Notes under the pieces: model-generated
Seen by the model: only the letters and a program-made list of their open reading frames with translations
The model's database searches: none
What the model was told of the DNA's origin: nothing
Position numbers and translations under genes: made by a program
Assembly (NCBI GenBank): GCA_013265495.1
Contig: MU058065.1
Coordinates: forward strand, 9,031,819-9,095,818
Origin: Vicugna vicugna
Taxonomy: Eukaryota
Length of the DNA stretch: 64,000 nucleotides
Reading direction: 5' to 3'
Part shown: piece by piece, positions 63,130 to 64,000 of the stretch
Layout of the letters: each line of letters begins with the position of its first letter
Position numbering within the stretch: the first letter of the stretch is position 1

Positions 63130-64000
63130 AGATGTGAAAGACCTACAAAAGAACACTGTAAACACTGCTGAGAGAATTAATGACCTAAACATATGGATAC
63201 TTCATGTGATTACCAGAAGCTTGGGGGAAGGAAAGAGTGGTGAGATGTTGGTCCAAAAGTATAAAGGTGGAGTCATGCAGGGTGAATAAAGCTAGAGAGC
63301 TAATGCACAGCATGACAACTATGGTTAGTTACACTGTATTAAACAATGGAAATATGCAAAGAGAGTAGATTCCAGGTGATCTTGCCACACATACACAAAT
63401 GATAACTATGAGGGGAGAGGGTGTAACTCAGTGGTAGAGCACATGCCTACCATGCACAGGGTCCTGGGTTCAATTCTCAGGATCTCCATTAAAAAAATGA
63501 ATAAATAAACCTAATTTCCTCCCCGCCAAAAAGACAAACAAAAATGATAACTATGTGAGATGATAATATTAACTTGATTGTAGTAACCCTTTGATTATGT
63601 ACATACATTTTAAATTATCATATTATACACATTAAATATATATAACTTTATAAAAATATATAAAATATATAAAAGAAAACAACCCTAGATTGTAGTTTTG
63701 TATCCCATCAAGTAATCTCTGCTTTGCAGAATAAAAGGAGAGGTAATATTTCCAATTCATTTTACAAGATTAGTGTAACACTGATGTTGAAACCAAGTAA
63801 GAACTGTAAAAGAAAAGGATATATTTGCAAATAGATGCAAAATCCTATATAAAATGTTAGCAAATCAGTCAGCAGTGTATAAAAACCAAACAGTTTATCT
63901 CAGGAATGTAACAATGGTTCAATATAAAAAAATCTATATCATATATCTTAAGTATGTATTAAAGAAGATAAGTGTATAATTATCTCAAGAGATAAAGAAA
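63130..64000 (+). mobile_element. L1 fragments (L1MA-like 3' end at about 63205-63660 within older ORF2 remnants)
   Basis: gattaccagaagcttggg...taatgcacagcatgacaactat...aactatgtgagatgat; ttccaattcattttacaag, atagatgcaaaatcct. Confidence 0.7.
63411..63541 (+). mobile_element. tRNA-derived SINE (Vic-1-like) with 14-bp TSD, nested in an L1 3' end
   Basis: taactcagtggtagagc...ggttcaattc; AAATGATAACTATG at 63397-63410 and 63542-63555. Confidence 0.92.

Larger units (their letters stand above)
30790..64000 (-). other. STAT4: 3' part of the large STAT4 intron 3
   Basis: I found no exon 3 sequence (ending ...KRIRKVLQ) in the remaining 33 kb; the region is repeat-rich. STAT4 intron 3 is known to be very long. 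Confidence 0.85.

Overview
Mammalian genomic DNA, probably a camelid, judged from a tRNA-derived Vic-1-like SINE and Cetartiodactyla-type L1 tails; I saw no Alu, Bov-A or PRE-1. The window holds the middle of the STAT4 gene on the minus strand. Seventeen consecutive coding exons (4-20 in human numbering) lie between 30789 and 254. They splice into one open frame of 1582 nt (527 codons + 1 nt), from GKFHGNPMH in the N-domain through the coiled-coil, DNA-binding and linker domains to the SH2 [10 protein letters not shown] motif. Positions 30790-64000 are the 3' part of the very large intron 3; exons 1-3 and 21-24 lie outside the window. Introns are filled with L1, L2, MIR, DNA-transposon and LTR remnants. 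I found no evidence of a new biological system. The best leads are: (1) a non-canonical GC donor at exon 7 with a competing frameshifting GT 4 nt away; (2) a near-complete Tc2/Kanga transposase fossil in intron 3; (3) a convergent CTCF motif pair around intron 14, which also holds an antisense CCAAT/GC/TATA promoter-like module; (4) an extra codon in exon 14; (5) a probable templated inverted insertion; (6) the probable orthologue of the human rs7574865 autoimmunity site. Exon boundaries were read base by base. Repeat boundaries and family names are approximate, and all comparisons to human sequence are from memory.
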